From positions 24,986,001 to 25,050,000 of the forward strand of contig OZ024756.1 of the NCBI GenBank assembly GCA_964016885.1: 64,000 nucleotides of DNA, read 5' to 3'. This document shows positions 23,701 to 37,150 of the stretch, in pieces. The position numbers were made by a program, and so were the translations under genes. This stretch comes from Eledone cirrhosa (taxonomy: Eukaryota). The notes below the pieces were generated by a model that was given only the letters and a program-made list of their open reading frames with translations, had not been told where the DNA came from and ran no database searches. Every line of letters begins with the position of its first letter. Position 1 is the first letter of the stretch.

Positions 23701-26700
23701 AAAAGACAATTTGCCTGGATAAATACTTGACTGTATGTCAAGTGTTGTAGGGATGTATACAAAAGCATATATATGTTTATTTATAATAAACATAAAAGAG
23801 TCTCGCTATGAATTTTTTTAAAGCTTTCCATATGCAAAAAAACATAAGTTTTAGCCTATTTTGTCTCAGCAGTGATGATTGTTAAAAATGCAGAAATACC
23901 TATCAAGCCCTCTCACTGCCATTGAGATAGCTGTGACTCAATAGCACCCTATGTTGAAATATGCTATGATTATACCACTTATAACGACGTCCCTTCCCTC
24001 AGTCAAGAGTGATGTCCCTTTATTCTCTGACTTAAATTCTTACTAGAACCAACTTCGTCTTTTATCCTCCTGGGGTTAATAAAGTACCAGTGATTTAGTG
24101 GGTCACTTCAATTGACTGAACCTCTCTACAATATGTGACCCTGTTCAAAACTCATACGTCATCACTATTGTTTATTAAAGGGGTAAGGGTGGCAGTTAAT
24201 AGAATTTGTGGAGTATTAGACCTAAAAAGTTGCCTCCTGTTACCTTCTAAGATCAGTTTAAGCTGAAGTTAACTTCGTCACCCTTTCTTGTGGCCTTCTA
24301 CTTAAGTTAGAAACCATCCTCATCATTACTACTATAAATATAACCCCCCAAAACACCTCCACTACCAGCACCATCATTATCATCTTGACAACTGTAATTG
24401 TCGTAATGTTTAGGTGGTATAGACCCCGTTGATATAATTTTAGTCTTCAAGTTAGTATATTATTAGTTTCTTCTTCAGTGAAGCCCCGATTAACTTTTTC
24501 AGGTGTCATTTGAAGAGGAAAATCAGGGTCGGAAGGAAGTGCTGCCTTCCAATCAGTTTGTTGAAAGGTGGGTGAGAGTGGCAAGCATGCCCTCAGTAAA
24601 TGAGCCTACTCTGAGTATACATCTGTAGATTAGAGGAAGACAACTGGGAAGAGGCGTTGCCTTAGTGATCAGAGTATCTGGCTTTTTGTGGGATTCCTCC
24701 ACGAATGACCCACAGAGTTTTCCTCCCTATTGAGGCATTTGTTTTATTTGAATTTTCATGTTTATTTTTTTAGATTTTGTTATAACTTATTTTCACACAA
24801 AAACCCTCTCTGTATCATCCTCTGCTGTCGTTAATGTTTTTTTAATGTCAGCCCTGTGTGGCTAATAAATAAATAATTATTATTATTAGAGTTACAGGCC
24901 GTTATGTTCTAAGTTCAAATCCTGCTGAGGCTAACTTTGCCTTTCATCCTTACAGGGGTCGATAAAATAAAGTACCAGTCACACACTGGGTTCGATTTAA
25001 TCGACTTTCCCTTCCCCCAAAATTTCTGGCCTTGCCTATAGTAGTAATCATTATTATTATTATTTTAAGGGCGGTGGATTGGCAGTATCGGTAGAGGGTC
25101 GGACGCCATGCTTTCCAGCATAGTTACGTCCCTTTACGATCTGAGTTCAAATCCCGCCGAGGTTGACTTTGCCTTTCATCCTTACGGGGTCGATAAAATA
25201 AAGTACCAGTAATGCACTGGGTATTTGCTGGCCTTGTGCCTAAAGTAGAAACAATTATTATTTTAAGGGCAGCGGATTGGCAGTATCGGTAGAGAATCGG
25301 ACACCATGCTTTGCAGCATAGAGTTATGGCCCTTTATGATCTGAGTTCAAATCCTGCCGCGGTTAACTTTGCCTTTAATCCTTATGGGGGTCGATAAAAT
25401 AAAGCACCAGTAATGCACTGGGGTCGGTTTAATCGACTTTCCCCTCCCTTTCAAATTACTGGCCTTGTGCCTCTACTAGAAATCATTATTATTATTATTA
25501 TGGATTGGCAGTATCGGTAGAGGGTCGGACACCATGCTTTCCAACATAGTTACGTCCCTTTACGATCTGAGTTCAAATCCCGCTGAGGTTGACTTTGCCT
25601 TTCATCCTTAAGGGATCGATAAAATAAAGTTCCAGTAACGCACTTGGGAGGTCGATTTAATCGACCCCCCCCCCCCCCAATTTCTGGCCTTGTGCCTATA
25701 GTAGTAATCATTATTATTATTATTATTCCAGGTATGGCTTCAACAGTGATGGTCATGATGCTGTGTACAAACGTTTGGTGGAGAGGAATGAGATGACAGT
25801 GAAAGGTGAGGAGGAGATTTCAACACTTTTCATTTGATGCCATGATTTGTTGAATATAAGACGCCTGTGGTTAACATCTTCTGCAGGGACACCACATATA
25901 GCCTATAGTTGAGCAGTGTGGTCAGCTAGGCCAACAGCCTATAGTTGGCCACTGTGGTCAACTAGGCCAACAGCCTATAGTTGGCCAGTGTGGTCAACTA
26001 GGCCAACAGCCAATGTAGTTGGAAAGACTTACATCCTATAGTTGACCAATGTGTTCAGCTAGGCCAACAGCCTATAGTTGACCAATGTGTTCAGCTAGGC
26101 CAACAGCCTATAGTTGACCAATGTGTTCAGCTAGGCCAACAGCCTATAGTTAAGCAATGTAGTCAGGAAGACCTACAACCTATAGTTGACCAATGTAGTC
26201 AGGAAGACCTACAACCTATAGTTGACCAATGTGGTCTGCTAGCTCTACAACCATACAGCCTATAGCTAACCATGTTGGTTAGCTATAGGTTGATAACTAA
26301 CACAGATAAGCTGGTAATGGTTTGTTAACCCTTTTGATAACAACCCAGTCAAAACTGCCTCTGGTTCTATGAAACAAATCACCTATTTTAACCCTTTACC
26401 ATTTACATTACTCTATATTTACTATTATATTTTCATGGTAAAGGCTTTACCTCACATAATATCGAATCTATGAGATTTTGATATTATTTATTTTGCGAAC
26501 AATACCTTAACATCAGTATGAGTGGCCAGTTTGAACAGAAAGAGGTGAGAGAATTCTGGCTGGATACAACCAGTTTAAATGCTAAAGAGTTAAAGGGCTT
26601 TCATTTAAATTAAAATCTTCCAACATAATTTTATATACAAACCATGTGGTAAGTTACTGTTTTAGTAATGAAACAATAATTTATTTTAGTAAATCCCTTC

Positions 26701-27132
26701 AAATTCTTCGTTAATTAATTGAAATAGAGTGTACTCCCTGATTAAGAGGTAAAAAATAAACGAGCAACATTTCTCTCTCCCTGGTGATGTGTGATGTATT
26801 TTCTTTTCTCTTTCAGCCAACAGACTAATAGATGACAACAGAAATATGTTGAACCTCAATTTTTGGACAGATAAATTCGCTTCTTTTCACTCCAAACATA
26901 AAGGTATCTTCAAATGTTTCTTTTCTTTAACCCTTTAGCATTTATGTTATTCTATATATACTATTGTATTTTCACGGTAAAGTCTTTACCTCACATAATA
27001 CCTCATATAATATCAAATGTATAAGATTTTGATATTATTTATTTTGAGAACAATACCTTAACCCTTTAGCATTTAAACCGACAGTATCTGTCGAAACGGC
27101 TGGAGCTCAGCTGTCGGTGTCCTGACTCTTTT

Positions 27133-27180
<48 letters not shown>

Positions 27181-30100
27181 ACCATGACCTCTGGCATCAC
27201 GCAGTAATACAGAAGACCCGACTTCCCATGGGAACAAGCCGAAGCACAGAGACAATATGCCCCCATCCCCTCCCACTGCGAAGTGATCGTGGAGGTGTCA
27301 CAACAAAAAAGCACCCACCACTCACTGTAAATGAGGCTGGTATTAGGAAGGGCATCCAGCTGTAGAAATCAAGCCAAAATCAGTTCCTGTATGAGCAAGA
27401 CAAGGTCATTGCTCACAACAGGACAACCCGTCTAACCCATGCTAGAGTGGAAGAATGGACGTAAAACGGTGATGATGAAGACTGGCTCCCCATGGGAACT
27501 CCTGTATGCAGATGACCTAACTCTTAGAGATGAATCTATAGCTGAATTAGAGATGAAGTTCCAAACCTGGAAGCATGGCCTAGAATCAAAAGGTCTTAAA
27601 GTCAACTTGGCAAACTCTAAAGTTCTAGTAAGTAGAAAGGAAAACAGCTCAGATCTCCTCAAGGAAATGGCCCTGCTCAGTGTGCAAAAAAGGAGTAGGT
27701 AGAAATTCCATCTTATGTCGCAAATGCAAACTATGGGTACATAAGAGATGTAGTGGGATCTCAGGCAGGCTAACAAAGAACATAGGTTTTACATATGGGT
27801 AGTGTACACAGGCAGTAAGTAGCAAGAGCTCTCAGGATACAAACTCCTTCAAATGCTCAAAGGGCTCTGTAGAAGTGGTAGATAGTTTCTGTTACCTGGA
27901 GGACCAAATTAGCAGTGGAGGAGGGTGCTCCAAAGCACAGAAGCCAGAAGGAGATCAGGTTGGAGAAAGTTCAGAGAACTACTACTGCTGCTAATAACAA
28001 AAGGTTTTCCCTCAAAATGAAAGGCAGACTGTCTGATGCATGTATACAAACAACAATGTTGCACAGCAGCAAGACCTGGGCACTGTGTGCAGAGGACCTG
28101 TGAAGATTAGAAAGAAATGAAGCCTCCGTGCTTTGATGGATATGCAAAGTGATACACGTGAAAGGCAAAGCATAAATGAACTGCAAAAGAAATTAGTAAT
28201 AAGAGGGATCAGATCAGTGTGCAGGAGAGGAGATTGTGTTGCTATGGATATGTGATGTGTAAGAAGTATGACAGCTGTATAGAAATTTGCAGAGTGCTCA
28301 AAGTTGACGGAAGCCATGGAGTGGACAGTCCTAGGAAGACTTGGGATGAAGTGATAAAAGCTGACCTTGCACAATTACACTTCTCTCAGGCGATAACACT
28401 GGACTGTAATCTCTGGCGTTATGCAGCAGCTGAGCCATACATCAAATATGCACCACCTTCTTCCCATACACCTCCCTCGCTGTAATCATCCTACCCCTAT
28501 ATCTACCTTCCCAATTCTCCATGCATCTTACCTCCCACCCCACCTAAGTCCCCAATCCACACCATAAAGGTCATCTTGGAGCCATGACAAAAAGTGCCCA
28601 TCTCACACTGTAAAGTGGACATGTTGGCGACACGACAAAAAGTGCCCAGCCCACACTGTAAAGTGGTCGTGTTGGCGACACAACAAAAAGTGCCCAGCCC
28701 ACACTGTAAAGTGGACGTGTTGGCGACATGACAAAAAGTGCTCAGCTCACACTGTAAAGTGGACGTGTTGGCGACATGACAAAAAGTACCCAGCCCACAC
28801 TGTAAAGTGGACGTGTTGGCGACATGACAAAAAGTGCTCAGCTCACACTGTAAAGTGGATGTGTTGGCGACATGACAAAAAGTGCTCAGCTCACACTGTA
28901 AAGTGGACGTGTTGGCGACATGACAAAAAGTACCCAGCCCACACTGTAAAGTGGACGTGTTGGCGACATGACAAAAAGTGCTCAGCTCACACTGTAAAGT
29001 GGATGTGTTGGCGACATGACAAAAAGTGCCCAGCTCACACTGTAAAGTGGTCATGTTGGCGACACAACAAAAAGTGCCCAGCTCACACTGTAAAGTGGTC
29101 GTATGGGTGTCTTGACAAAAAGCACCCAGTACACTCTGTAAATGAAATATGGTTGGCATCAAGGAGGGCATCCGGCCATAGAAACCTAGTCAAAATCAGT
29201 TCTGTGTGAGCAAAATACGGTCCTCCGACCTGGATCTCTCATAATGGGACAGCACATCCAACCCATACTAACATGGAAAATGGACATTAAACGATGATGA
29301 TATATATATATATACATAGATAGGCTTCTACACAGTTTCTGTCCACCAAATATTATTTACAAGGCATTAGTTAGCCTGTAGCTATAGTAATTATTTGATC
29401 AAGATGTCAGGCAATGGAATTGAACCTGAAACTTTGTGGTTGCGAAGTGAACTCCTCACTCACGTAGTCTTTATCTAATATTCTTTTTTTAGTTATAACA
29501 TATCCCTGCATGTCATAAAAAATGACTGAAAGGGTTAGGTGTCAAGAAGGGCATCCAGCTGTAAAACATTACCTCAGAAAGTCCCATCCAACCCATGCCA
29601 GCATGGAAAAGTTGCCATAGAAATGATGATGATGATAGTGAATTTTTTTTTTTTTTTTTTACTAACAATAATTATATTATATATATATATATTTTGGTAT
29701 TGGTCATTTTTATCTCTCCAGAACCCGGAGTTCTTGGCATAAATTTAGGAAAAAATAAAACTTCTGAAAATTCTGAACAGGACTACGCCAGTGGAGTTAG
29801 TTTATTTGGTCATCTGGCTGACTTCTTAGTAGTGAATATTTCTAGTCCGAACACTCCTGGACTACGGAAACTTCAGGGCAGAGAGAATTTACAGAATCTG
29901 ATTGATAGGGTATGTAGGTATGTGTTTCTTTTCTTTTTTGTTGTTCATCATCATCATCATCATTTAACGTCCATTTTCCATGTTTGCATGACTTAGATGG
30001 GTTATCACGTTATGAGACAAGTCAGGTCTGGAGACCATGTCTTGCTCATATAGACCTGTATTTTGGTTTGGTTTCTACAGCTGCATGCCAAAATGACCAC

Positions 30101-33100
30101 CTTACAGGGTGGACTGGCGCTTTGTGTTGTATCACTTGCACGACCACCTTACGGGGTGCTTTTTGTTGTGTCATCAGCATGACCACGTAACGGTGGACTG
30201 GACACTTTTTTTGTTGTGTCACCAGCACAACCACCTTACAGGGTGGACTGGGTGGTTTTTGTCATGTCCTTAGCATGACCAACTTTCAGGGTGGACAGGG
30301 GGATCTGTCATGTCACCAGCACTACCTGCCTTACAAGATGGATTAGGTGCTTTTGCTGTTGTGGTGCCAGACTACCATACAGGGTGCATAAAGTGCTTTT
30401 TGTCATGGAAGCAGCATTTTGGGAGGGGTGGGGTCATATTTGAAATGTGTCCTACTTTTCTTATTGAGTATCAGTGACCTGATTGTAGATATACGGTTAA
30501 ATACTTTACCCTCTTGTAGATATACAGATATCATAAAGGGTTAAGTAATGCTCAACAGCTCTAAAGTCAACCATTATTTTATTTCTTTATTCATTGATGT
30601 GAAGGCATGTAGCCTAGTGGTTACGCTGTAGGCCTTATGATAATGTCGTGGGTTTGATTCCTGGATTGGGTTGTGCATGGTGTTCTTGAGTAAAACATTT
30701 AATTTCATGCTGCTCGAGTTTGTTCAGCTGAAAATGAGTACCAGCGGTAGCTGAGAGTTAAACCTGTGGTGGATTGGAATCCTGTTCAGGGGTGAGTCCT
30801 GTAATCTCATGAAAGCAGGATAAACACTGGCCAGATGAGTCTTCAGGCTCGAGTTAGACTTTAACCCAGCTATGCACTGGTCTCTTGTCCAGGGAGAATT
30901 CTTGTACTCTCAGTCAATTAATGCTGATTAAACTAGAATAAACACTGGCATGATGGGTTTCCAGGCTTAGGACAAACTGATGGGCCTCCAGGATTGGGAT
31001 GGCCTTTAACTTTAACCTCTTTCTTTTATTCATTGTCAGGTGTTGGTTGAGCGTGACCAGTTGAAATGTGAAAGAAAACTTCCAATATTAGTGAAAATAG
31101 CTCCAGACTTAACAGAATCTGATCAACAAGATATTGCTTATGTTGTAATGAGAGAAGGAGTAAGTTTTTTTTTTTAAATGTTGATATCCAAACACAGTCT
31201 CACTTCAATGATAATAGCATTAAAAAATCAGGTAAAATACTCTTATGGACAGAAAGTAAGTGTCCAGCGGCTGCTACAGAAAGTAAACTTTTGTTGAGCC
31301 CCAGGTGAGATCTAATCAAATAGACTTTTGATCAAAGGTGTTCCTTCCATGACCATCTCATCTGTTATTCAGGCATTGTGTATAAGTTTATGTGATTCAT
31401 TAACTCCAGGGCAGTGGATGGGCAGAATTGTTAGAGAATTGTATAAAATGTCATAACAATATTTGTTCTTGCTCTTTATGTTTGAGTTCAAATCTTGCTG
31501 AGGTCAGCTTTGATCACATTAAATATTAAGATCTTTACTTCACTTTACTGCAAATTTTCAAAATGCTCTGTTCTAGTAAAGATACTGCAAAACCTATGAA
31601 TTAACAAGATGATTTTTAGTTATTTTCTGCTAAATGATGTTAAGAGTTGAGATGGTAGTATCTGAATCAAGGGAAATTTAGTTGCTATTTCTATCAACCA
31701 AGTTAACCCTTTAGCATTTAAACCTGCTGCACCCAGCCAGTATTCTCTCACCTATTTCTGTTCAAACCGGCTGTAACCAGCTACTCATGCTTATGTTAAG
31801 GTATTATTCTCAAAATGAATAATATCAAATTCTCATAGAATTTGATAGTGCTAGAAGTAGTGATTGGGTTACATGGTATGTTCTTATCTGAGTTATGTTC
31901 TGATTTAAGTTATGGCATCTATTTTTGAAGTTAAATGAAATGTGGTAATGTGTCTATATGTGTTAGCCACTGGGTGTTGAGTTCTAGACTCTTGTTAATT
32001 TTGAGTTTGTGTTAGGCTATTAGAATTGATTCCTTGATTCTCAGATTGTTGGTATTCCCATCCCTGGCTTCAATGTGATATCCATTTTAGTGTTTTTGCA
32101 CTCATCTGTGTGTTTCTTGAAGGAAGAGGCTGCATGTGTATTTAGATTTTTTTTTCCTTTTTGTTTTCAGAGCCGCATTGATGGTCTTATAATCAGCAAC
32201 ACTACCGTATCACGAGACAAAAGCCTGGTTAGCAAAAACAAAACAGAAACAGGAGGACTTAGTGGGATACCATTGAGAGAAATGTCTACACAAGTACTCA
32301 GGGAGATGTATGCATTGACTCAAGGTAATTTTCTTGAAGTTTTCTTCTTATTAGTGTTGTAGATTGGCAGAATCGGTAGAGCATCGGACTAAATGCTTCA
32401 TAGTATTTGATTACAGCTCTTTACATTTTGAGTGCAAATCCTGACAACTTTTTCTTTCATCTTTCTGAAGTTGATAAAATATAAAGTGTGTGTCTGGGGG
32501 TTATGGCTTAAAGAAAGAAGAGAAGAGTCAAGGACCCTTTAAAATAGAAGACACTTGCCTAGAGTACCCTCAAAGTGGGACTGAATTTGAAACCTGATGG
32601 TTGCAAAATGAAGACCTTAACCATGCAGTCATGTCTGTGCATAGTTTTTAGAGTAGGCATATTGTATCCCTGCATAACATAAGAGGTGACTAAAAGGCTT
32701 GCTATCGGGAAGGGACCTTGGCTGTAAGACAGTGTCTCACTTCCTGTCAAATTACATGCCAGTATGGGAATGTGGACGTGAAAACATTGCTGATGTTGTG
32801 TGTGTGTGTGTATATATATGCATACACACACACACAACAGGTAATGAAAGTGTGTATGTTTTGGGGGGACGCCCTGTATATACACATATATATATATATT
32901 ATATATATCATCATCATTTAACATCCATCTTCCACACACATATACATATATAGGCGTCACAACAAAAAGCACCCAGTACTAACTGTAAATGAGGTTGGTG
33001 TTAGGAAGGGCATCCAGCTGTAGAAACCAACCCAGGATCAGTTCTGTATGAGCAAGACATGGCCACCTGACCTAGCATTACCTACAACAGGACAACTCGT

Positions 33101-33140
33101 CTAGCCCATGCTAGTGTGGAAAATGGACGTAAAACGGTGA

Positions 33141-33196
<56 letters not shown>

Positions 33197-34464
33197 CAAG
33201 AAAAATACAGAAATGCAAAAACAAAGTCTTACTAGGTTTGCGTTTGGGAAGAAGTAAATGAGTGTTTCAACTTATCGGACATAATTTTTTCTTCAGGAGA
33301 TAGCAAAGCTCGGAGAGAGAGAAGATTGCAACAAGGGACTTTGGAAGGTTGGAATTTAAAAAAAAAAGATTTCAAGATTGCTGGGGAGGATAGGTGAGTA
33401 GTCCGGGGCGGTAGGATAGGGGCAGAGATGGAAAGTCCAGGCATGTTGTGGGTGCTGTTATGTGTGTGGCAGGTGGAGTACATTTCGTGAGTATGCATTA
33501 TTGCTTGTGTGTGTGTAAGTGGTATGTATTGTGTATCATTAATGAAAGTGTGTGTGTGTGTGCATGAATTTTCATATAGTTTTATATTGAATATATATGT
33601 GTGTGGGTGTGTATATATGTATATATATATATAGTAATAATAATAAATGTGAAGACTAAAATCCAAAGAGGACTCAATAAGGATAAATATATATCAAATA
33701 TATAAGAACCCTAGAGCAAATATTTATTAAAATAACAGATTAAAGTTTAAGTAAAGAATCGCTGCCTTCACCCTTAATGGGATCTTCTGAAAGAAAATTA
33801 ACGTAAAATAATTGTTTCTACTTTTGGCACAAGGCCATCAATTATCCAGTGCATTACTGGTACTTTATTTTATCGACCCCGTAAGGATGAAAGGCAAAGT
33901 TAAAATGATATACATTTATGGACTGTAACAAAGCAGTTCAACAAAAAGAGATCGATAAAATAAATGCCAGATTTGAAAACAATATGTGCTGCTGTCGATG
34001 CCCCAGCATGGCCGCAGTCTAACGACTGAAAGCGGTGAAACAAAAGAATTACTGAATTATATTCACGACACTCGTAATAAATATTCGAGATTTTCGTGGA
34101 ATCAAATCAATTTAAAAGTCGACGAGAAGTAAATCTTGACACATACAGCAGAATGGCCTCTCTCACAGTCTCTCTCTCGCTACGACACCAAGACATTACT
34201 TGGTCGCTTTACCAGCTAAAAGTACCTTCCATAAAATAAATATATATATATATAAACAGACTAAGAAACAACAACGTACTCGCCATAATAACATTTATAA
34301 CTCTATTAAACATTGTTAATGAAAAACAACGAAGAAAGAGTAAAATAAATAGCGTAAACATTGAGTGCTGTCGGAAGCAGACGATAGTTATTGGTGTGTG
34401 TGTGTGTGAGCGTTATCTGTCGCCTGCCACTCTGGTCGTAATGTTCACTTCTCCCTAGTCTGAC

Positions 34465-34520
<56 letters not shown>

Positions 34521-37119
34521 ATATATACATATGTATAATTTTGTTTGTATTTTATATACACACACACATATATATATATAGTACCAAAATTATATTAAGG
34601 ATGTCATGTCTGAGAATATCAGAATCATGTGCCGTACCACCTATGGAATATTCTCAAAGATTCCAAGTAGTAAATCCGAGCATTTATATTAAATCAAAAG
34701 TAGGATCGATGATCGAAGATTTGACATTTATGAATCACCGATTGGAATATATACAAAGGTGATTAATATTTATTCAAAGTTCTTTAATTTTTAATATGTT
34801 ACCCTAGTAACTACGTGTGGTTACACTCTTTACAAATTATCCCCTGTAATTGTTTGATGTGTTTATTTTATATGTATCATCCTACTTTTGATTTAATATA
34901 TTTATATGTGTGTGTTTACATACATATATATCTAAAGCAGTTCGACAAAATAAGTGCTGCTGTCGAAATGACAGAGTAAATGCCTTTAAGTCGATACTCC
35001 AGCATGGACGCAGTCTAATGACTGAAATCGGTGAAATAATAGAATTTCTTAACTATTCACGACGCTCCTCATGAATATACGAGAATTTCGTGGAATCAAA
35101 TCAATCTAACAGCCAAAGGGAAGTAAATCTTGACACATACAGCAGAAGGCCTGCACGATTTCTTTCCCTTTGACAGTTACTCGAATGGGTTTAAAACTAC
35201 TACACGAAGACATGGCTCGCTCTACCAACTAAAAATACCTTCCACAAAATAAATATATATATAAACAGACTAAGAAACAGCAACGTATTCGCCGTAATAA
35301 CATTTATAACTCAATAACACAGTGTTAATGGAAAACAACGAAGTACGAGTAAAATAGATAACGTTAGACATTGGTGGCTGTCGGAAGCAGACGATATTTA
35401 CTGGTGTGTGAGCGTATCTGTCACTATTTACCTGCCACTCTGGTCATAATGTTTACTCCTCCTTCGTCTCACGTTATCTCTCTCTCTCTCTCTCTCTCTT
35501 ATATATATGTATGTGTGTATATATATATATACATATATATCTATATATATATACATGCATGTATATATATGTATATCTATATGTAGGAATATGGATGTGT
35601 GTGTGTATATGTATATCTATATGTAGGAATATGGGTGTGTGTGTGTGTGTGTGTGTGTATATGTATATACACACACACACACATATCTATATATATATAT
35701 ATACATGCATGTATGTATATGTAGGAATATGGACGCGCATGTGTGTGTGTACATACATATGTGTTTGTTTGTGTGTGTATATATATATATCTATATATAT
35801 ATTGTCCCAAAAACATGTATGCACAGCCTTCCCCAAAAATAAAATGATCTACAGACATAGTTCAATTGTATGTAAACACCCAAAAATGTATATATATGTG
35901 TGTGTGTGGTGTATATATATTTATTTATGTGTGTATGTATATGGGTCATTTCAGTGAAATGACCATACACACACACACATACATATATGTATATTGGGTT
36001 GGCCAAAAATTTTGTTCATTTTTTTTTAAACAAAAATGACAAGTTATAAACACAAAGTGATTTATTCAATCAATGATTTAACTACAGTTTTGTTATAGTA
36101 TATTCTGCCATATTGTGAGCAGATCCATTATTCCTTATTCAAAATAGCTCCTGTTTTTACTGTTGAAAAACTCTTCCAGGTAAATGTTTACATCCTCTTC
36201 AAAGTTGAAGGTCTGTCCATTCAATGAATTTTGGAGAGCCGGAAAAAGGCGGAAATCTAAAGGTGCTTGGTTGAGCGAATATGCAGGTTGCAGTAACTTC
36301 TGCTGTGTTTGCAAAGAAGTGAGTCTACATTGTCATGATGAAAGACAATATCCTTATGATTAGCATGTTTTGGACACTTCTGGTGGATAACACTTGCCCA
36401 AGATGCCATACAATGACATCAAACCTTTCTAGTGTTGGTGGATTGCACACCCAATAAACTCTGTAAAGTGGTTGGTGAAACAAAGGACATCCAGCAATAG
36501 GAGACCTTAAACACAGGATTGAGAAGACTCTTCAGTTGTGTCATAGACATGACAGTTTCTCTAGTGTTTAGTGCCATGATAAAAGGCACTCGATAAGCAT
36601 GGTATATCAAGTCCCCAGCCCACCTGGAGGTCTGAGGCTCCACTTAAGTACTGACCAGTGGTTTGTGATGATATGTCCAACCCATGCTAGCAGGGAAAAC
36701 AGACATTAACCCTTTAGCATTTAAACCGGCCGTAACCAGACAGAATACTCTCATCTCTTTCTGTTCAAACTGGCCATAACCGGCTGCTTATACTTATATT
36801 AAGGTATTGTTCTCAAAATAAATATCATCAAAATCTCATAGATTCAATATTATGTGAAATAAAGTGTTTACCATGAAAATACAATAGTATATATAGATTA
36901 ATGTTAAAGAGTTAATGATGATTATTATTTTGATTTGTTGTAGGCAAGATTCCCATCATTGGAGTAGGTGGTATCAGCTCAGGAAAAGATGCCTATGACA
37001 AAATCCGAGCCGGGGCTTGTCTGGTTGAGGTTTACACTGCCATGACATACCAAGGTCCTGTAGTTGTTAACCGAATTAAAAGGGAATTGGCAGAATTATT
37101 ACAGCAAGTTTCTTTTTTG

Positions 37120-37150
<31 letters not shown>

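Noticed and set aside
28503-29209. 222-aa and 116-aa Cys-rich repeat ORFs
   Set aside because: Translations of a 48-bp SINE-derived minisatellite.
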